Below, one piece after another: positions 45,843 through 55,570 of a DNA stretch of 64,000 bases. Numbering within the stretch: the stretch's first letter is position 1; the number at the start of each line of letters is the position of its first letter. The notes beneath the pieces were generated by a model. That model had not been told where the DNA came from, did not search any database, and saw only the letters and a list, made by a program, of their open reading frames with translations. The stretch spans positions 16,138 through 80,137 of the forward strand of contig JAYZFC010000002.1 in the NCBI GenBank assembly GCA_036337035.1, in the 5' to 3' direction. Source of the DNA: Pseudomonadota bacterium. Its GTDB lineage: Bacteria > Pseudomonadota > Gammaproteobacteria > Steroidobacterales > Rariloculaceae. The position numbers were made by a program, and so were the translations under genes.

Positions 45843-47036
45843 ATGGCTAATAAAAAAGTTATCGATTACAAAAGCGGTCGGCATTTTTTACAGGTTCCAG
45901 GGCCAACTAATGTGCCTGACAGAATTATCCAAGCAATAGCTAAACCAACAATAGATCATAGGGGGCCAGCTTTCTCAGAGCTTGTTCTTAATATAATTCC
46001 CAGACTAAAAAAAATATTTAATACAGATTCACCAATAATGATTTACCCAAGTTCTGCAACTGGTAGTTGGGAATCAAGTATCGTCAATACTCTAAGCCCT
46101 AAAGATAAAATTATGATGTTTGATAGTGGTGATTTTGCTCTTAAATGGAAAATTGTTGCTGAAAGATTTGGTCTAGAGATTATTTATGTACCTTGTAATT
46201 GGAGAGAGGGTATAGACCCAAATGTGATTGAAGAACTGCTCAAAAAAGATACAAAACAAGAAATTAAATCAGTAATGGTTGTTCATAATGAAACATCAAC
46301 TGGGGTTGCCAATTCAATGAAAGAGATTAGGGAAGCAATCAACCAATCGAGGCATCCAGCATTGCTAATGGTTGATGCTGTTTCTTCGGCTTTCTCAATC
46401 GAGTATCTTCAAGATGAATGGGATGTAGATGTAACAATTGCTGGATCTCAAAAAGGACTAATGTTGCCCCCTGGTTTATCATTTAATGTAGTAAGTGAAA
46501 AAGCTCTTAATGCTCATAAAAAAGCAAGCTTGCCAAAAAGCTACTGGAATTGGTCAGATGTGTTACCTTCAAACGAAACTGGATTTTATCCATACACCCC
46601 AGCTACAACTTTACTTTTTGGCTTAAAAGAAGCTCTCATTATGATAGAGGAAGAAGGTATGGAAAATATCTATAAACGACATTATCATCATTCTCAAGCA
46701 ACTCAAAAAGCAGTAAAAGCATGGGGATTAGAAAATCATTGTTCAATTCCTAAAAAAAGTAGTCACACGGTAACCACAGTAAAAATACCAGAAAACTATA
46801 GTGCTAATAATCTTCGTTCAGTAATTCTTGAAGAATTTGATATGTCATTAGGAACTGGTCTTGGAAAATTAATAGATAAAGTATTTAGAATAGGTCATTT
46901 AGGTAGCTTTAATGATCTAATGCTCTTAGGTACTCTTTCAGGAGTTGAAATGGGGCTTGAGCTAGCCAATGTTCCACATAATAAAGGGGGCGTTCAAGCT
47001 GCAATGAGTTATTTAATATCTAATAAAAATAATTAA
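45843..47036 (+). CDS. Class V PLP-dependent aminotransferase (serine-glyoxylate / alanine-glyoxylate type)
   Basis: 397 aa. N-terminal VPGPTNVPDRI, HNETSTGV, and the PLP-lysine block AGSQKGLMLPPGLSF. Confidence 0.8.
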   Translation: MANKKVIDYKSGRHFLQVPGPTNVPDRIIQAIAKPTIDHRGPAFSELVLNIIPRLKKIFNTDSPIMIYPSSATGSWESSIVNTLSPKDKIMMFDSGDFALKWKIVAERFGLEIIYVPCNWREGIDPNVIEELLKKDTKQEIKSVMVVHNETSTGVANSMKEIREAINQSRHPALLMVDAVSSAFSIEYLQDEWDVDVTIAGSQKGLMLPPGLSFNVVSEKALNAHKKASLPKSYWNWSDVLPSNETGFYPYTPATTLLFGLKEALIMIEEEGMENIYKRHYHHSQATQKAVKAWGLENHCSIPKKSSHTVTTVKIPENYSANNLRSVILEEFDMSLGTGLGKLIDKVFRIGHLGSFNDLMLLGTLSGVEMGLELANVPHNKGGVQAAMSYLISNKNN

Positions 47037-47055
47037 ATAACAATCGATTTAACTA

Positions 47056-48540
47056 ATGGGGGTCATCATGAAAATAATATTATGCATATCAAAGATTGTC
47101 AGTTTATTTATTTGTATTTCTTCTTTATCGGTTGCGCAGGAATTTCAAATTTATGGCGAGACCAATTTTGAAGCAAGTGGAAATCATGAAGCTCATAAGA
47201 AATTTATAGAAGGTTTATTACAGCTCCATAACTTTGAATATGACGATGCGAGGAATAGTTTTTTATTAGCTCAAGATATTGATCCAGATTTTGTTATGGC
47301 CTATTGGGGAGAAGCATTAACTTTTGAGCACCCACTGTGGAGTAGACATAATTTACAAGCTTCAAGAAATGCCTTGGCAAAAATAGCTCAATCAAAAGAA
47401 GAAAGAATAAACAAAGCAATAACTGAGAGAGAGAAACATTATATAGAATCTATAGAAATTCTATTTGGTGAAGGTAGCCAAGAAGAAAGAGAAATAAATT
47501 ACTCATTAAAATTAAAAGAAATTTATGAACAATATCCTGATGATCTTGATGCTGCAGCCTTCTATGCTTTATCGCTTATCACAATTAGTCACGAAGGTAG
47601 AGATTTTTCGCTGTATATGAGGGCTGGCGCTATAACAGAAGATATTTTATTAATTAATCCAAGGCATCCAGGTGCACTTCATTACGCCATTCATTCCTAT
47701 GATGATCCAATCCATGCTCCTCTAGGGCTTAGAGCTGCAAAAACTTATGTTGAAGTAGCGCCTTCTGCTGTTCATGCACTTCATATGGGTTCACACATCT
47801 ACTTTGCCTTAGGCATGTGGGAATTAGGAACAGAGAGGAATACTCGTTCTTTCGAGGAGGCAATTGCAAGAAGAGCAAGCCCCGACGATCCCTATGGAAA
47901 CCAGGCATACCACGCTTTAACTTGGTTAATCTACTCACTAAACCAAGAGGGTAAACATGATCAAGCTGCAGAAAAATTATCGATAATAGAAAAACAAATG
48001 AAGCTTCATAATAGAGTTATGGATAGACAAAATTTTATTGCTGGCAGATCATCTTACCTTATCGATACTCAAGATTGGCTTGGTCACTTTGCTAAAATTG
48101 AGGTTAATTATGAAGGTTTATCTCCTTATTTCGTCTCGACAGATCAATATATTCAAGGAGTAATAGCACTCAAAAATAAAGACTTAGAAAGCGCGTTAGT
48201 TGCTTTACAAAATATTAATGGTTCAGAGCCAATTCAAACAAAAAGCAGGTCAGCAATGGCGCCAAGATTAATGCATCTATCACTAGAAGCTCAAATAGAG
48301 CTTATTAAAGGAAATGAAAAAATTGCAATAGATTTAATGCAGCAGGCAGTAGAAATGGAATTAAGTGTCTCACCTGAATATGGCCCACCAGTTCCGGTTC
48401 AACCTACAGCAGAACTACTAGGAAATATATACCTTATACTAGACAAAAAAACTCTAGCTAAAGAGTCATATGAAGAATCCCTAAAAAATACTTTTGGTAG
48501 ACTAATATCAGAAAATGGACTTAAAAAATCTATAGAATAA
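47056..48540 (+). CDS. Secreted all-helical (TPR-like) protein, unknown function
   Basis: 494 aa. Signal ending SSLSVA/Q. Helical-repeat-like composition and a His-rich conserved-looking block HPGALHYAIHSYDDPIHA...HALHMGSH. Confidence 0.4.
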   Translation: MGVIMKIILCISKIVSLFICISSLSVAQEFQIYGETNFEASGNHEAHKKFIEGLLQLHNFEYDDARNSFLLAQDIDPDFVMAYWGEALTFEHPLWSRHNLQASRNALAKIAQSKEERINKAITEREKHYIESIEILFGEGSQEEREINYSLKLKEIYEQYPDDLDAAAFYALSLITISHEGRDFSLYMRAGAITEDILLINPRHPGALHYAIHSYDDPIHAPLGLRAAKTYVEVAPSAVHALHMGSHIYFALGMWELGTERNTRSFEEAIARRASPDDPYGNQAYHALTWLIYSLNQEGKHDQAAEKLSIIEKQMKLHNRVMDRQNFIAGRSSYLIDTQDWLGHFAKIEVNYEGLSPYFVSTDQYIQGVIALKNKDLESALVALQNINGSEPIQTKSRSAMAPRLMHLSLEAQIELIKGNEKIAIDLMQQAVEMELSVSPEYGPPVPVQPTAELLGNIYLILDKKTLAKESYEESLKNTFGRLISENGLKKSIE

Positions 48541-48605
48541 ATAAATCTAAATTATACAAATTATGCTAGTTTCAATTTCTAAATGAAAAGAAATCAAAAA
48601 AAATC

Positions 48606-49724
48606 TTAACTTGTAGTATCTGAATCGATAGGCAATTCAATTTCCTTTGCTAGCTGAGCTGATTTGTCCATAGCCATAGTTAACATCAAATTTCTATGCC
48701 CTTCTTCTGCGGTCGCATGTGGTGTATCAATATCATATAAAATTCTTGTAAACCAAGATATAGTTTCCTCTTTCATAGGTCCCCAAAATTGATTATTCCA
48801 AATATCACCAGGAGGATAGCTTGTAAGAAAATCAACATGGCGCTCCATAGGAGGTTGAAAATTATTAGTAGTATAACCAGCTGGTAAAGGCTCTTCAGTC
48901 GCTAAAATTAAATCCCTATGCGTATCCTCAACATCTATAACACCTTTTGATCCAACTATACCTATCTCCAATCCGTAAACAGAACCAGGCCATACTGATG
49001 GTAGGCCCCAGCTAATATTCATTGAAAAAATGCTTCCGTCATCCATAGTAAAAAGACCAAAAGTTGAATCTTTTGTTCCTAAATGAGAAAGTGCTTTCTC
49101 TGTAGATCTTGCATATACAGAAATTGGATTCTTACCTTCCATAAGCCACATAGACATATCCAGACTATGAGTTCCAGAAACTACCATAGGAGTTAAATTA
49201 TCTCTATTCTTAGTCTTCGAAATAGTAGCAATAGGAACCATGCGGTTCATTAAAGCGCGAGTAATAACAGAATGGACATCACCTATTTGTCCGTTAGAAA
49301 TTCTCTCTTTAATTGCCAAAAATCTTCTTCTAAACCTTTGGGTGTATCCTACACACGCATCTACTTTATTCTGTTTTAATGCATTAATAATCGATAATGA
49401 CTCACTTATATCGGTAGCTAGAGGCTTCTCAACAAAAATTTTATGATTATGCTCAATTGCTAAAAGTGTTGGCTCTGTATGACAATTTTCATCTGTAAGA
49501 ATCATAGCGGCATTAACTTCAGGACGCCTTAATAACTCTGACATATCAGTTGTAAAGTAATCCGCTTTAATATCTTTCGCTAACTTATTTCCAAGATCCT
49601 TATTTAAATCACATAAGCCAATCCATTCCACTCCTGGATAATCTCTAGCGATACTAGATCTTATTCTTCCAATAGTTCCACACCCAATAACCGCTAAGCC
49701 AATTTTTTTTGAATCATTACTCAC
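48606..49724 (-). CDS. Gfo/Idh/MocA family NAD(P)-dependent oxidoreductase
   Basis: 372 aa. Rossmann IGLAVIGCGTIGR, and EKPLATD typical of the family. GTG start overlaps the tctA TGA (GTGA). Confidence 0.8.
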   Translation of the reverse strand: MSNDSKKIGLAVIGCGTIGRIRSSIARDYPGVEWIGLCDLNKDLGNKLAKDIKADYFTTDMSELLRRPEVNAAMILTDENCHTEPTLLAIEHNHKIFVEKPLATDISESLSIINALKQNKVDACVGYTQRFRRRFLAIKERISNGQIGDVHSVITRALMNRMVPIATISKTKNRDNLTPMVVSGTHSLDMSMWLMEGKNPISVYARSTEKALSHLGTKDSTFGLFTMDDGSIFSMNISWGLPSVWPGSVYGLEIGIVGSKGVIDVEDTHRDLILATEEPLPAGYTTNNFQPPMERHVDFLTSYPPGDIWNNQFWGPMKEETISWFTRILYDIDTPHATAEEGHRNLMLTMAMDKSAQLAKEIELPIDSDTTS

Positions 49725-51217
49725 AAGACACCTTTTTTATTATTAAAAATACCATCATAAAATGTATACAAAACTACAAATAGAAGAATCGTTCCAAGTT
49801 TTCTATCCCATAAAACACTAATAAAGCCTTGATCCTGAAAAACTAAAAGAGCGCGCCTAAAATTCTCATCAGCTAATGGTCCCAAAATTATTGCTAATAC
49901 TATAGGAGCTAAAGGAAAATTTAAACGAAAAAGAATATATCCTATGACTCCAGAAATAAGCATTACATATACATCAAAATAATTAAAATTAACTGCGAAT
50001 GATCCAAGAACACAAATTGGGATGATTAAAGGCATTAATATAGCTTTTGGAAAATTAAATAGTTTAACACATGGTTTAATTAACAATATTGCCATGCCAT
50101 ACATAAAAAAATTCGCGATTATAAGGCCAAGATAAATATAGAAAATTAAGCCTGGATTTTCTGTTTGGATTAATGGCCCAACCACAACATTCTTCAATTC
50201 GAGTGCTGCCAAAATAGCAGCTGCAGCGGCGTTACCTGGAATACCTAAAGCCAAGGTTGGTAACATTGATCCTCCAACATTTGCATTATTTGCTACCTCT
50301 GAACAAACAATTGCCTCATAACTACCTTTTCCCCATTTTTTCCTTTCTTTTTTACTTGCTCTTCTTCTACCAATATCATAAGAGAAGAAAGATGCTATAT
50401 TAGCACCTGCTCCAGGAATAGCGCCTACCAAAGTCCCTATTAGCCCAGAACGTATACTAGGCTTGGCATATTTAATGAGCGTTTTAAATGAGGGTAAAAT
50501 ATTGCTAACTGCCGAGGTTTGGTTTGAGTTATCTCTTTGAGGAAGAACCCTAAGAATTTCAGTTAAACCAAATAATCCAATCAATACAGGTATAAAGCTA
50601 ATTCCATCTTCTAGATTATATGAATTAAAACTAAATCTAGGAACACCGTGGATAGAATCGAGGCCAACAAATGAAATAATTAAACCTATACAACCAGCAA
50701 TCCAACCTTTTAACGGAGATTCTCTAGAAGACATGGAGCCACAGATTGCTATACCCCAAATAGACAGTAAAAACATCTCCCAAGATCTAAACTGAAGAGC
50801 AAAAAATAAAATAGCTGGAATTAAGGCAATCAACAAAATAATACCAATCCAGTTTCCTAGAAATGAAGCCGAGATCGCAGTACCTAAAGCTAGGCCTCCT
50901 TCTCCTTTTTTAGCTAGGATATTACCCTCAAGCATTGTAGGGACTGCATCAGGCGTGCCCGGTATATTCAAAAGAACTGCAGATATAGCGCCGCCAAAAA
51001 CACATCCAGTATATACACCTAACATAAAAAAAATGGCGACTGATTGAGTCATTCCAATGGTTAATCCAATCAGCAAAGTCATTGCCATCGTTGTTGATAA
51101 CCCAGGCATAGCTCCCCACAAGATTCCTAATGTGACTCCAGATAAGCATGCAAACCATAAGATAGGATTATTTAAGATATAAAATAATTGATCCTGAACT
51201 TGTAAAAAAACTTCCAT
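49721..51217 (-). CDS. tctA: Tripartite tricarboxylate transporter large permease
   Basis: 498 aa, polytopic. Blocks LGILWGAMPGLSTTMAM, IPGTPDAVPT, LALGIPGNAAAAA. Confidence 0.9.
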   Translation of the reverse strand: MEVFLQVQDQLFYILNNPILWFACLSGVTLGILWGAMPGLSTTMAMTLLIGLTIGMTQSVAIFFMLGVYTGCVFGGAISAVLLNIPGTPDAVPTMLEGNILAKKGEGGLALGTAISASFLGNWIGIILLIALIPAILFFALQFRSWEMFLLSIWGIAICGSMSSRESPLKGWIAGCIGLIISFVGLDSIHGVPRFSFNSYNLEDGISFIPVLIGLFGLTEILRVLPQRDNSNQTSAVSNILPSFKTLIKYAKPSIRSGLIGTLVGAIPGAGANIASFFSYDIGRRRASKKERKKWGKGSYEAIVCSEVANNANVGGSMLPTLALGIPGNAAAAAILAALELKNVVVGPLIQTENPGLIFYIYLGLIIANFFMYGMAILLIKPCVKLFNFPKAILMPLIIPICVLGSFAVNFNYFDVYVMLISGVIGYILFRLNFPLAPIVLAIILGPLADENFRRALLVFQDQGFISVLWDRKLGTILLFVVLYTFYDGIFNNKKGVL

Positions 51218-51227
51218 TAAAATTCTC

Positions 51228-51758
51228 TTAAAAATATCCAGGCATCAATATGCCAAAACCGTATCTAAAAATAGCTGATAAACTTTCAACAAAAATAAAC
51301 ACAATAGAGAAACATCTTAATATTTTTTTATCCCAAAATATTTTCACAATAATAGTGATCATAATTGTAGAAATAATTTGAAAACTACTTAGCCTATAAT
51401 CAAATAAAATAATTGGCACAATAAACTCAAATCTAGTGAAGCCAACTGTAAAGACATAAATAGAAATTAATGCTAATAAAAGAAAAGTTCTCTTATTTTC
51501 TTGAGTAATATCTAATTCAAAATCGAGCTTTCTTAACTTGAAAAAGCCATTTGATCTTATTGCTTGTATGGCAAGCAAGATAGAAAGAAATAATAGTGCT
51601 AACGAGGCAATAAAAGGCAATAATCCAGGAGCAGTATAAATACTTCCAGGAACATCTAAATTAAGAGATAAAACCATTACTATAATTGAGAAAATAGAAA
51701 GCACTAGAGCGCTTAAAAGATCCTTAAAGAAATCATTACTTTTTCTTTCGTCAATCAC
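51228..51758 (-). CDS. tctB: Tripartite tricarboxylate transporter small membrane subunit
   Basis: 176 aa, 4-5 TM segments, located between tctC and tctA, with an 8-nt overlap with tctC. Confidence 0.7.
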   Translation of the reverse strand: MIDERKSNDFFKDLLSALVLSIFSIIVMVLSLNLDVPGSIYTAPGLLPFIASLALLFLSILLAIQAIRSNGFFKLRKLDFELDITQENKRTFLLLALISIYVFTVGFTRFEFIVPIILFDYRLSSFQIISTIMITIIVKIFWDKKILRCFSIVFIFVESLSAIFRYGFGILMPGYF

Positions 51759-52833
51759 CCTCTAATTCCTCTAAAGGCTGATAGTTAATAGGAGGCCACC
51801 ATAAATGAAACTCTTCTGGTGAAGGAAGGTTTAAGATAGCTGGAGATCTTGCCTCTGGTATAGCCAGTCTTTCAAATGTCGCTGCTGATATAACTTCCAA
51901 CTCTGCTGCCCTTCTGTCAGCTTCACTTCCAAGAACTAGATCTAATTTAAAGTTTCTACTTGCTAAAAAATCTCTAAAGCCCTTAGAGTTAGCTGCATTA
52001 ATAAATGCTTCTTGTAATTGAATGATTATATCTATCGGTGTATCTCTTCTAATACCAAGATTATAGTTACCATTAGGCGGAAGCTGCTCGTTAACAGAAG
52101 ATAAAAAATTATATATAGAGGGCAAAATAATGCTATTTGAGAGAGAGATATCATTTGGGCTAGTTTGCTGAATTGAATCTAATTGTCCAGATTGAAAAAA
52201 CTGAATATGTTCGTGTATTCCACCTCCTGCAATATCAACTTCTCCATTAATTCCTGCCAGAGTTGCTAATCTTCCACTTCCATAAGGTATATATTTAAGC
52301 TCTATTCCTGCAGAATGAGCAACAACTGCAGCTAATTCATGCCATTGACCGCCAGTACCAGATGTAGAAATAGTTATTTCACCAGGAGCCTCTCTTGCGG
52401 CTGCAACAATATCATTAAAATTTTTAAATCTGGAATCAGGGCGTACAGCCCAACTACCAGTATTTGAAGCTGCTTGCATAAAATACCAATCTTCCCAAGA
52501 AATAGAGTCATCTCCACCACTTATTCTAGAATATTTATTAAAATTTGATGCTCCTAATAAAGTATAGCCATCATTCCTTTTGTTCAAAACATAGCGGGTA
52601 GCTAAAGCTCCAGCTCCACCAGGCCTATTAACAATGTTTATTCTCCAACCTGTAGCTTCACTCATTTCCTTTGCTAGCGCGCGCAGAACCGTATCAGTTC
52701 CTCCACCAGTAGAGTACATAACCACAATCGTGATTGGTCGATCTGGCCAATCTGCTATAGCATGGCTTATATAGAAGTAAGCACCAAAAAAAAAGATAAG
52801 CAGATAAAATTTTTTAAGATTTTTTATTCTCAT
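51751..52833 (-). CDS. tctC: Tripartite tricarboxylate transporter substrate-binding protein (Bug family)
   Basis: The track ORF extends to 52956. I prefer ATG 52831-52833 (MRIKNLKKFYLLIFFFGAYFYISHAIA signal) with GGAAG upstream. Mature start DWPDRPITIVV and blocks GGGTD, NRPGGAG. Confidence 0.8.
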   Translation of the reverse strand: MRIKNLKKFYLLIFFFGAYFYISHAIADWPDRPITIVVMYSTGGGTDTVLRALAKEMSEATGWRINIVNRPGGAGALATRYVLNKRNDGYTLLGASNFNKYSRISGGDDSISWEDWYFMQAASNTGSWAVRPDSRFKNFNDIVAAAREAPGEITISTSGTGGQWHELAAVVAHSAGIELKYIPYGSGRLATLAGINGEVDIAGGGIHEHIQFFQSGQLDSIQQTSPNDISLSNSIILPSIYNFLSSVNEQLPPNGNYNLGIRRDTPIDIIIQLQEAFINAANSKGFRDFLASRNFKLDLVLGSEADRRAAELEVISAATFERLAIPEARSPAILNLPSPEEFHLWWPPINYQPLEELEGD

Positions 52834-52970
52834 TAGCTTCCTAAAGATATAAGAGTTTCCAGCCTCCTTCAAGTGGTTAAAAAAATAATTTATAAGGATT
52901 GAAAAAATAGTATAATCAACTACTATCATAATAATTAAGATTAATAACCTACACATAAAGGAGATTAGTT

Positions 52971-54254
52971 ATGGCCAACTTTGGCATAGGTGGAGTTGAT
53001 TGGCAACAAAGAGTTAACTGGGAACGTATGAGAACCTATCGACTTGAAAGAGCAAGAGATCATATGAAAAAACATGGTTTAAGCGCTCTAGTATTGATGT
53101 ACGACGAAAATATTCGCTATGTTACAGCTACGATGACTCCAGGTTGGTGTCGGCTAAAACCAGGACTAAGGTATGCAATGTTATGTGGAGATGATGCTCC
53201 AGTAATTTTTGAGCAGGGAGATATTGGAATGCAGATCAAGAGGCACTCCCCTTGGATACCCCCAGAAAATGTTCGCTATTCCTATGCATGGATTAAAGGA
53301 GCTGCTGGTCCTGCTTCTAAGCAACAAGTAGGTAAATTTGTTAAAGCAGTAAAACAAGAAATGAAAAAAAGCGGTGTTGCTGGTGGAAAAGTTGGAGTTG
53401 ATTTTGTTGATATTAATCTTATGAAGGCTTTCGAAGAAGAAGGAATTGACTGGACTGATGGAATGACTCCAATGATGGAATCAAGAGCAGTTAAAAATGT
53501 AGATGAACAAGAATGCTTCAGAATGGTTGGAGCTATTGGCGATGCTGCTCATTGGGAAACAATGAAGTTTCTTAGACCCGGTATCACTGAAAACCAAGTT
53601 ACTGCTCATATAATGAAATTCTTATACGATATTCCTGGTATAGAAGATGTTGAAGACGTTATTGTTTCATCAGGGCCAAATACTTGGCCAAACTGGAGAA
53701 ATTTCTCAGATCGTATAATTAAGCCAGGTGATATTGTCTTTATGGATTTAGCTGCTCTAACTTGGAATGGCTATAAATCATGCTATTACAGAACTTATTG
53801 TGTTGGCAAAGAACCAAGTGAGCAACAAAAAGAGACTTATGCTACTGCCTTGGATTGGCTCTATAAAGCTATTAATGAGGTAAAACCAGGAGCGACTACT
53901 AGAGATATTGCCTCTGTATGGCCTTCCTCAAAAGAAGTTTGGGGTTATGAAGAAGAAGATCAAGCAGCCGCAAATCTCTGGGGCCATGGGCTTGGGCTTG
54001 CTCAATATGACCCCCCTGTAATTTCAAGAATATGGTCTTTAGATCATCCTATAGAAATTCAGGAAGGAATGACATTTGCTCTAGAAACTCAGCATGGGAT
54101 CCCTTTTGAATATGGTGTTAGGATTGAAGAAATGCTTATTGTTCACTCTGATCATACAGAAATTGTTTCTAATTTCCCTGTAGAAAAGATAACTGTAGTT
54201 GATCCAATTTCAGGCTACGCTGCACCAGATTCTAGAGATAGAAAACTAGTGTAA
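52971..54254 (+). CDS. M24-fold (creatinase/prolidase-like) hydrolase with variant metal site
   Basis: 427 aa. AAGGAG at 52958-52963. Creatinase-like N-domain. Pita-bread domain with FMDL (Asp259), GYKSCYYRT (Cys271 where the second Asp is expected), WGHGLGL, FALETQ, VRIEE. Confidence 0.75.
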   Translation: MANFGIGGVDWQQRVNWERMRTYRLERARDHMKKHGLSALVLMYDENIRYVTATMTPGWCRLKPGLRYAMLCGDDAPVIFEQGDIGMQIKRHSPWIPPENVRYSYAWIKGAAGPASKQQVGKFVKAVKQEMKKSGVAGGKVGVDFVDINLMKAFEEEGIDWTDGMTPMMESRAVKNVDEQECFRMVGAIGDAAHWETMKFLRPGITENQVTAHIMKFLYDIPGIEDVEDVIVSSGPNTWPNWRNFSDRIIKPGDIVFMDLAALTWNGYKSCYYRTYCVGKEPSEQQKETYATALDWLYKAINEVKPGATTRDIASVWPSSKEVWGYEEEDQAAANLWGHGLGLAQYDPPVISRIWSLDHPIEIQEGMTFALETQHGIPFEYGVRIEEMLIVHSDHTEIVSNFPVEKITVVDPISGYAAPDSRDRKLV

Positions 54255-54282
54255 AATACTAAAATAATAGGGTCTTGATTAT

Positions 54283-55563
54283 ATGAAAAACTTAATCATT
54301 CCTCTCAGTTCGAAAGAGGCGATGGATCCTGTTCGTTTTGGTCCAAAAGCTGCAAATCTTTCAGCGCTTGGATTTCAAGATATTCCTACTCCTGGGGGAT
54401 ACTGTCTCGATGCAGAAGCATATAGAATTCAAATAAAACACCTTAAACTTGAAAAAGCTGCTAAAGGTGTATTTTCTGCAGAAGACGCTAAAGCTAGAAG
54501 ATTTGCTTTAGATATGAAAATAGGTCTACTAGATAACCCAATTAAAGAGGAAATATCTAATCAATTAATTAGTATCTGGAATAAAATTAATACCGAAGAA
54601 AATAAAGGAGTCGTTGTCCGTTCTTCAGCATTAGTTGAAGATAGATATGGCTCTAGCTTTGCCGGTCAATTTGAAAGTTTTTTAGGTATAGATAATATTG
54701 AAGACTTTTTTACATCTATTCGTTCATGCTGGTGTGCGCTTTGGTCTACAAGAGCCTTAAGATATATGGCAACTCATGATGTTGACGCAGCGGATACTGC
54801 TATGGGATTAATAATTCAGCCTCTTATTGATGCTAAAGTTTCTGGAGGAGGTCTTAGTAAAACTTCAGAAGGAAATATGTCAATAAGTGCAACCTCGGGG
54901 CTTGGTACTTTGATAGCGCAAGGTGAAGTAGTACCAGATAGATATGAACTTACAAGAGAAGGTGAAATTACTGATATTGTTTTAGGAAATACGTCTCATA
55001 ACCTTACATGTGGTCATGGCTCAGAAAAGGTAAATAAAAAAACTAATAGGATTCCTGAGAAGCCCTATCTAAATGAAATAGAGCTGACTGAACTTTCAAA
55101 ATACTTATTGGAAGCAGAAAATGTTACTAATGGACCAACTGAAATCGAATGGGCTATGGATGAAAATGGTATAAAACTTGTACAAGCAAGACCTCTGCAT
55201 GTAGAAGAACCTCATACAGTCGATGAGGTATGGGAAAAAAAACCAAGACTTAGGGGTCACCCAGCTGGAGTTGGATGGGATACAGGAAAGGCATGTGTAA
55301 TTAACTGTGAATGCGAGTTATCAAGAGTCGCTCCTGGTGATGTGTTGGTAACAAGAGTAGCAAGTCCTGCCCTTAGCCAAATATTACCCCAGGTTTCAGC
55401 GGTTGTAGCCGAGCTTGGAGGAAGCACCTCACATCTTGCATCGTTAGCTAGAGAAAGAGGTATACCAATGGTTTTAGGTGTTGCTAATGCAACAAGATCA
55501 ATTCCAGATAAATCCACAGTAGCAGTAGATGGAGTAGCTGGTATCGTTAGATGGATGGAGTAA
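54283..55563 (+). CDS. Two-domain PEP-synthase-like protein (ATP-grasp PPDK_N domain plus phosphohistidine swivel domain, no PEP/pyruvate TIM barrel)
   Basis: 426 aa. N-terminal FGPKAANLSAL...PTPGGYCL, VVVRSSALVEDRYGSSFAGQFESFLG. C-terminal swivel block GDVLVTRVASP...AELGGSTSHLASLARERGIPMV with the T-S-H phospho-His motif. Confidence 0.75.
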   Translation: MKNLIIPLSSKEAMDPVRFGPKAANLSALGFQDIPTPGGYCLDAEAYRIQIKHLKLEKAAKGVFSAEDAKARRFALDMKIGLLDNPIKEEISNQLISIWNKINTEENKGVVVRSSALVEDRYGSSFAGQFESFLGIDNIEDFFTSIRSCWCALWSTRALRYMATHDVDAADTAMGLIIQPLIDAKVSGGGLSKTSEGNMSISATSGLGTLIAQGEVVPDRYELTREGEITDIVLGNTSHNLTCGHGSEKVNKKTNRIPEKPYLNEIELTELSKYLLEAENVTNGPTEIEWAMDENGIKLVQARPLHVEEPHTVDEVWEKKPRLRGHPAGVGWDTGKACVINCECELSRVAPGDVLVTRVASPALSQILPQVSAVVAELGGSTSHLASLARERGIPMVLGVANATRSIPDKSTVAVDGVAGIVRWME

Positions 55564-55570
55564 ATTTAAT

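Noticed and set aside
45843-47036. Class V aminotransferase next to the sel operon as a selenocysteine lyase / NifS-like selenium donor
   Set aside because: The PLP-lysine context SQKGLMLPPGLSF and the N-terminal VPGPTNVP block are those of the serine/alanine-glyoxylate aminotransferase subgroup. I saw no conserved catalytic Cys loop of NifS/CsdB-type enzymes.
52971-54254. Calling the M24-fold gene DMSP lyase DddP
   Set aside because: The N-terminal region loosely resembles what I remember of DddP (RM.EYR..R...IRY.T), but creatinase/prolidase-like proteins share that domain, and I cannot verify identity or diagnostic residues without an alignment. The call is left as an M24-fold hydrolase.
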